Shown here piece by piece: positions 28,355 through 32,253 of a stretch of 32,253 nt of DNA (the stretch's first letter is position 1; each line of letters opens with the position of its first letter). This DNA is from a bacterium (GTDB lineage Bacteria; Verrucomicrobiota; Kiritimatiellia; RFP12; CAIWXQ01), in the NCBI GenBank assembly GCA_037129105.1, contig JBAXVM010000003.1, forward strand, positions 1 to 32,253, written 5' to 3'. The position numbers and the translations under genes are program-made. The notes beneath the pieces were generated by a model. It ran no database searches and had not been told where the DNA came from. It saw only the letters and a program-made list of their open reading frames with translations.

Positions 28355-28741
28355 TTACTTCTTCTCTTCCGTCTTCGCAACCTTGACGCCGTACTTCGAA
28401 CGGCTGCGGTTCCGGCCTGCGACACCCAGGCTGTCCAGGCAACCCCGCACAATGTGGTACCGCACGCCGGGAAGATCCTTGACGCGGCCGCCACGCACCA
28501 GCACAACGCTGTGCTCCTGCAAATTGTGCCCCTCGCCCGGAATGTATGCCGTCACCTCGTAACCCGTGGTCAGACGCACACGCGCCACCTTGCGCAATGC
28601 GGAGTTCGGCTTCTTGGGCGTCTGGGTCTTCACAACCAGACAGACGCCACGGCGCTGCGGGCACGACTTGAGCGCCGGCGACTTGCTCTTCTTGCGCAGC
28701 GGCGTGCGTCCCTTGCGAACGAGTTGATTAATGGTCGGCAT
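28355..28741 (-). CDS. rpsL: 30S ribosomal protein S12
   Basis: [32 protein letters not shown]; GAAGGA SD. Confidence 0.98.
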   Translation of the reverse strand: MPTINQLVRKGRTPLRKKSKSPALKSCPQRRGVCLVVKTQTPKKPNSALRKVARVRLTTGYEVTAYIPGEGHNLQEHSVVLVRGGRVKDLPGVRYHIVRGCLDSLGVAGRNRSRSKYGVKVAKTEEKK

Positions 28742-28777
28742 GCGGTGCAATCCTTCTGTGGAACACGAAAGGCAATG

Positions 28778-28826
28778 AATATAGCAGTACGTCGCTCAGC
28801 ACGCAAGCCCACTTTTGTTTTTTTTT
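28778..28826 (-). promoter_or_regulatory. sigma70 promoter of the str/S10 cluster with extended -10 and UP-like A-tract
   Basis: Minus strand: A-tract (28826-28813), TTGCGT (28806-28801), 17-nt spacer ending TGC, TATATT (28783-28778). Confidence 0.65.
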
Positions 28827-28865
28827 AACGCCGCCTGCCTGACGCCCTCCGGCGGAGGTGTTGCG

Positions 28866-28905
28866 CTGTTTTGTCCATTGACAAAACAGTTCATTGTTCT
28901 ATGCT
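28866..28905 (+). promoter_or_regulatory. sigma70 promoter of the ABC operon (TTGACA-16-TATGCT) overlapped by a perfect palindrome
   Basis: TTGACA 28878-28883, TATGCT 28900-28905, ATG28913 after 7 nt; CTGTTTTGTC-catt-GACAAAACAG at 28866-28889. Confidence 0.6.
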
Positions 28906-28912
28906 GTTTTTC

Positions 28913-29668
28913 ATGGAAGAATCGGCGCTTTTGTTCAACAATCTGGGTGTTCGGTTCGGGTCGCGCCGAAGCGAAGTTGTCGCGCTGGACAACCTCAGTC
29001 TCTCCGTGCCCGCCGGAACGATCTTTGGCTTTCTCGGGCCTAACGGTGCGGGTAAGACCACGGCCATCCATGTTCTCCTCGGGTTTCAACAAGCCACCTC
29101 GGGTAGCGCGGCCGTCTTTGGCTGCGATGTGCGTCAGGCGATCGCACGGCAGCGGATCGGCTATCTGCCGGAACATCCGGATGCCTATCGCTTTTTGTCT
29201 GGCCGCGAAATGCTGCTGTTTGCTGGAAAACTGTGCGGTCTGTCCGGAGCCGCCCTGGAACAGCGCACGCAAGCCGTGCTACAGGAAGTCGATCTGGCGG
29301 ACGTCGCGAACCGGCAGATCGCCACCTACTCACGCGGCATGCGCCAGCGCATCTGCCTCGCGCAGGCGCTGCTGCACGATCCTGACCTGCTGATTTTGGA
29401 CGAGCCGACGGGCGGACTTGACCCGCTGGGACGCCTGCTGATCCGCCGAATTATCAGCGACTGGCGCGCCCGCGGCAAAACGGTCTTCTTCTCCTCACAT
29501 GAACTTTCCGAGGTCGAGCTGGTCTGCGATCACGTCTGCATCCTGGCGCGCGGACGTGTGGTCGCACAGGGCGTGCCGCATGAGCTGGCAGCGCCTGGCG
29601 AACGGCTAGAACAATTTTTCATGCGGGCGGTGGCGGACGATGCCGCGCATACAAATGGAGGCCGATAA
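28913..29668 (+). CDS. ABC transporter ATP-binding protein (ABC-2 type)
   Basis: Walker [10 protein letters not shown], signature YSRGMRQR, Walker B LILDEP, H-loop FSSH. Confidence 0.93.
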   Translation: MEESALLFNNLGVRFGSRRSEVVALDNLSLSVPAGTIFGFLGPNGAGKTTAIHVLLGFQQATSGSAAVFGCDVRQAIARQRIGYLPEHPDAYRFLSGREMLLFAGKLCGLSGAALEQRTQAVLQEVDLADVANRQIATYSRGMRQRICLAQALLHDPDLLILDEPTGGLDPLGRLLIRRIISDWRARGKTVFFSSHELSEVELVCDHVCILARGRVVAQGVPHELAAPGERLEQFFMRAVADDAAHTNGGR

Positions 29669-30459
29669 TGCACAACGTGCTGGCCGTGGCGGGTGTGGTC
29701 CTGCGCTGCTGGGCGCGGCGCAAGGAGGGGTATATCCTGGTCCTGATCCTAGCTGGCGTGCAATATGCCGTCGCCTCCATGGATGTCCTGTCGACGGGGG
29801 CCTCGTCGCTCTATCTCTATGATATCGGGCTACTCCTGACGTGGTTCCTGGGGTGGCTCATTGCCATCCATGTCGGCGCGAGCGAACTCCCTGGCGAGGA
29901 ATCACGCGGCACGGTCTTCCTGTTGCTGGCCAAGCCCCTGCACCGCGCGGAGCTGATCGCGGGCAAATGGCTGGGAGCCTGGCTCACGGTCATTGTTTGT
30001 ACACTGGCCTTCCATCTGGTCGTGCTTCTCTCGGCGCTGGCCGCCGGCGTGCACCCTCCCTGGCCCGCACTGGCGGAAATGTGCCTGATGCATCTGGTTT
30101 CGCTGGCCGTGCTGACAGCCATGGCCATCGCGATCTCAACGCGCCTCAACCGCGACGCCGCCGTGTCCCTGGCCGTAACGGCCGCGCTGGCCATCTTCCT
30201 GATCGTTCCCAAGATCCCCAAACTCGCCCCTTACGCCACAGGTTGGCGCACCGGCATGTTCGATCTGCTCTACTACATGCTGCCGCATCTGGAGCTGTTC
30301 GACCTGCGCCGTCGCGTGCTGCATGGCTATGGCCCCATCCCCGGAAGCACGCTGGCGCTGCTCGCTGCATACGGTGCTGCCTGGACCGGCATCCTTCTTT
30401 TGCTCGCCTGGCTGGCTTACCGAAACCGGAGATTCCAGCGCGACCGGATGCTCGAGTAA
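29668..30459 (+). CDS. ABC-2 type transporter permease
   Basis: About 6 hydrophobic segments; E..RGT..LLLAKPL.R.E...GKWLG motif; TAATG coupling to the ATPase gene. Confidence 0.88.
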   Translation: MHNVLAVAGVVLRCWARRKEGYILVLILAGVQYAVASMDVLSTGASSLYLYDIGLLLTWFLGWLIAIHVGASELPGEESRGTVFLLLAKPLHRAELIAGKWLGAWLTVIVCTLAFHLVVLLSALAAGVHPPWPALAEMCLMHLVSLAVLTAMAIAISTRLNRDAAVSLAVTAALAIFLIVPKIPKLAPYATGWRTGMFDLLYYMLPHLELFDLRRRVLHGYGPIPGSTLALLAAYGAAWTGILLLLAWLAYRNRRFQRDRMLE

Positions 30460-30482
30460 GCCGGCGCTGTCGCGCAGACTTA

Positions 30483-30517
30483 CAGGGTTCAGGGTTCAAG
30501 GGTCAGGGGTCAGATAT
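30483..30517 (+). repeat. Degenerate 7-bp tandem repeat, ~5 units
   Basis: cagggtt cagggtt caagggt caggggt cagatat directly before ATG30519. Confidence 0.7.
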
Positions 30518-30518
30518 C

Positions 30519-31367
30519 ATGCGCAATCGCCTTATACCAGGGTTGCTCCTGATGCTGCTGGTAACGGCGGCGTTTGTGCTGGCATGCCGGCTGACCGCCA
30601 CCGGCATCGCCGGCACCACGGACCGCAGTGAGGATGCACTGGAGAGCCTGCTGGGCGGCAGCCGCATCTTTCTCGGTGGCCTGGCCATGAACCGCGCCGA
30701 CCTGTATCTCCACCGCGGCCTGGTCGGCAACGAGGCCGCAGCCTTTTCCAATCGCTGGTTTCAACGCATGAATGCACTCATCTCACCCAACGTCCTCGAA
30801 CACCGCGAGGGCGCCGAAGGGATGAAAGATGTGCTCCCGTGGGTTACACTGGCGGCTCGGGCCGCGCCCACCAACACCGATTATGTGCTGACGCAGACCT
30901 TCCTGTTCCGGGTAACCGGCAACCCTCAGCGTGCGCTTCTGGAAGTCCGCCGGGTGCGCGCGCATCAACCACAAAACCCCGAGCTGTGGCTGGAGGAATC
31001 CCGCATTCGCCTCGCCCTGAACCAATGGGACCGCGCCACGGCCGGACTGGACAGTTGCGCCAGACTGATCGGGACACAGCCGTCACCGGAACAAAGCCCG
31101 TTGCTCGCGGAAACCTGCATGTGGCGCGGACTGCTTTACGAACGCACCGGCGACAGCAATTCCGCCGCAACCTTACTGATGCAAGCCATCCGGCTGGAAC
31201 CACAAATGTACGGGGCGCTCTCCAACCGCGTGGCCGCACTGCAGGCCGGCCTGCCCCCGCCAGTACCCGTAACCGAAGTGCTCGCGAAGTACCGCCGTAT
31301 GGCCGCCAACCCGCTCTGCACACACGACCACGAACAGGGACATGCGCACGACGAGGATGACGAGTGA
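30519..31367 (+). CDS. Membrane-anchored/exported TPR-like helical protein with His/acid-rich tail
   Basis: Hydrophobic N-terminus; ADLYLHRG motif; TPR-like helices (WRGLLYERTGDSNSAATLLMQAIRLEP); C-terminal CTHDHEQGHAHDEDDE. Confidence 0.75.
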   Translation: MRNRLIPGLLLMLLVTAAFVLACRLTATGIAGTTDRSEDALESLLGGSRIFLGGLAMNRADLYLHRGLVGNEAAAFSNRWFQRMNALISPNVLEHREGAEGMKDVLPWVTLAARAAPTNTDYVLTQTFLFRVTGNPQRALLEVRRVRAHQPQNPELWLEESRIRLALNQWDRATAGLDSCARLIGTQPSPEQSPLLAETCMWRGLLYERTGDSNSAATLLMQAIRLEPQMYGALSNRVAALQAGLPPPVPVTEVLAKYRRMAANPLCTHDHEQGHAHDEDDE

Positions 31368-31372
31368 GTGGG

Positions 31373-31402
31373 AGGGACGGAGGAAGGGACCGGAGGGACG
31401 GA
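31373..31402 (+). repeat. 9-bp repeat array AGGGACNNN, 3 units
   Basis: agggacgga-gga-agggaccgg-agggacgga, located between the two convergent stops. Confidence 0.7.
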
Positions 31403-31410
31403 AACGGCTA

Positions 31411-32163
31411 CTATGCCGTCTCTGCTCGCCCTTCCTTCATGTCCCTTGGGTCCCTGCCGTCCCTCACGTCCCTGCCGTCCCTCACGTCCCTTCCGTCCCT
31501 CACGTCCCTTCCGTCCCTTCCGTCCCTCACGTCCCTTCCGTCCCTTTCCCCGCCCGGCAGTCTCATCAGCGTTGTCCGGCGCGCTACCCGCTGCTTCTCG
31601 ATGCTCTCGGTCCTGTGTCGGAACTCGAGGCGGGCACGGGTCATACGTTCACGCAAACCGCCTTCGGCAATAAAGTCGCGCTCCAAGCGGTCGAGTTGGC
31701 CATTGAGTAGTCGCATGGTCACGCGTGTCAGCCCGGCCAGCACATTGGCACAGATAGTGGGGTCGGCGTGCTCGATGCCCTTCTGAAAGGTTGCGTAATC
31801 AGCCCCGGGTTTACGGCAAAGTTGCGAAAGGTGGCGAGCCAGGGGATGGGCAGGAGGCCACTCTGACAAATCGCGAACGTATAGAAAGTCACGATAATCC
31901 TCCAGCAATTCGCCCAGACTGGCCAACGCCACACCGGTAAGTTTAATTTCGGTCTCCTTGGAGACAGCCGCCGCGAGACTCCCCTCGACAATGTTCTGCT
32001 TGCCGGATCGGGCGGCCTGTTCCATCTGGTCGGTCGTGCGCGAAATACGCGGCACCCAGTGCTTGATAAAGAATACTGTGCCTTTATAGACCACCCGCGC
32101 CTTCTGGTAAGTAAGCAGTTGCTTGTAACCGCCGAACTTCGGGATAAAGCCTGGAGCGTTCAT
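31411..32163 (-). CDS. Four-helix-bundle protein (23S-IVS/Avd-like, TIGR02436) with four-helix-bundle suffix domain (TIGR04258-like) and repeat-encoded (RDx)12 tail
   Basis: GGYKQLLTYQKA, RTTDQMEQAARSGKQNIVEGS, EIKLTGVA.ASL.ELLEDY.DFL, suffix LERDFIAEGGLRERMTRAR. Confidence 0.9.
   Translation of the reverse strand: MNAPGFIPKFGGYKQLLTYQKARVVYKGTVFFIKHWVPRISRTTDQMEQAARSGKQNIVEGSLAAAVSKETEIKLTGVALASLGELLEDYRDFLYVRDLSEWPPAHPLARHLSQLCRKPGADYATFQKGIEHADPTICANVLAGLTRVTMRLLNGQLDRLERDFIAEGGLRERMTRARLEFRHRTESIEKQRVARRTTLMRLPGGERDGRDVRDGRDGRDVRDGRDVRDGRDVRDGRDPRDMKEGRAETA
31441..31548 (-). repeat. 12 x 9-bp tandem repeat (GTCCCTNNN on +), translated as RDG/RDV
   Basis: Units gtcccttgg, gtccctgcc, gtccctcac, gtcccttcc and variants, contiguous from 31441 to 31548. 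Confidence 0.95.
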
Positions 32164-32180
32164 GTGCGATGCCTTTGGTT

Positions 32181-32253
32181 AGGGACCGAAGGGACGGGAG
32201 GGACCGAAGGGACGGGAGGGACCGAAGGGACGGGAGGGACCGAAGGGACGGGA
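32181..32253 (+). repeat. At least 8 x 9-bp tandem repeat (4 perfect 18-mers AGGGACCGA-AGGGACGGG), truncated by the window end
   Basis: Read directly; begins 17 nt upstream of the four-helix-bundle ATG and is inverted relative to 31441-31548. Confidence 0.95.

Noticed and set aside
28355-28741. Streptomycin-resistance substitutions in S12
   Set aside because: The KKPNS and RVKDLP lysines are wild type
29841-30518. N-terminal half of the 508-aa ORF
   Set aside because: Overlaps the permease in another frame; the real protein begins at ATG30519 with a hydrophobic leader
31342-31786. + strand repeat ORFs (VPSVPH, SLPSLT, RPSRPF repeats)
   Set aside because: Stop-free by-products of the 9-bp array, antisense to the four-helix-bundle gene
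31411-32163. Diversity-generating retroelement or 23S rRNA IVS
   Set aside because: No reverse transcriptase, TR/VR pair or rRNA sequence in the window; a DGR beyond the right edge cannot be excluded
31441-32253. CRISPR array interpretation of the repeats
   Set aside because: 9-bp period with 3-nt variable parts; no 25-40-nt repeats or unique spacers; no cas genes

Overview
GC-rich bacterial chromosomal window. A PVC-superphylum organism (Kiritimatiellota/Lentisphaerota/Verrucomicrobiota-like) is inferred from gene order and protein domains, not proven. The core (10519-28741, minus strand) is a fused str-S10-spc-alpha ribosomal protein cluster from rpsL to rplQ, including fusA, secY, adk, map, rpmJ and rpoA. 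It lacks tuf, rpmD and infA at their usual positions and carries an EF-G with a divergent domain IV. The left flank holds a candidate structured RNA, a secreted trypsin-like protease, a large radical SAM enzyme, an intact higA with an internally deleted higB, a Gly/Asn-repeat exported protein, a CoA-disulfide reductase-rhodanese enzyme, a small hypothetical protein and kup. The right flank holds an ABC ATPase/permease/TPR-like operon and a four-helix-bundle gene. The most unusual signals are non-coding: (i) oppositely oriented 9-bp tandem arrays flanking the four-helix-bundle gene, one of them translated; (ii) a near-perfect four-way-junction palindrome beside the dead toxin; (iii) a CTAG-ended repeat family overlapping stop codons at three convergent gene junctions, one with nested palindromes; (iv) REP-like sequences inside a coding region; (v) a ~170-nt rod-like RNA candidate.
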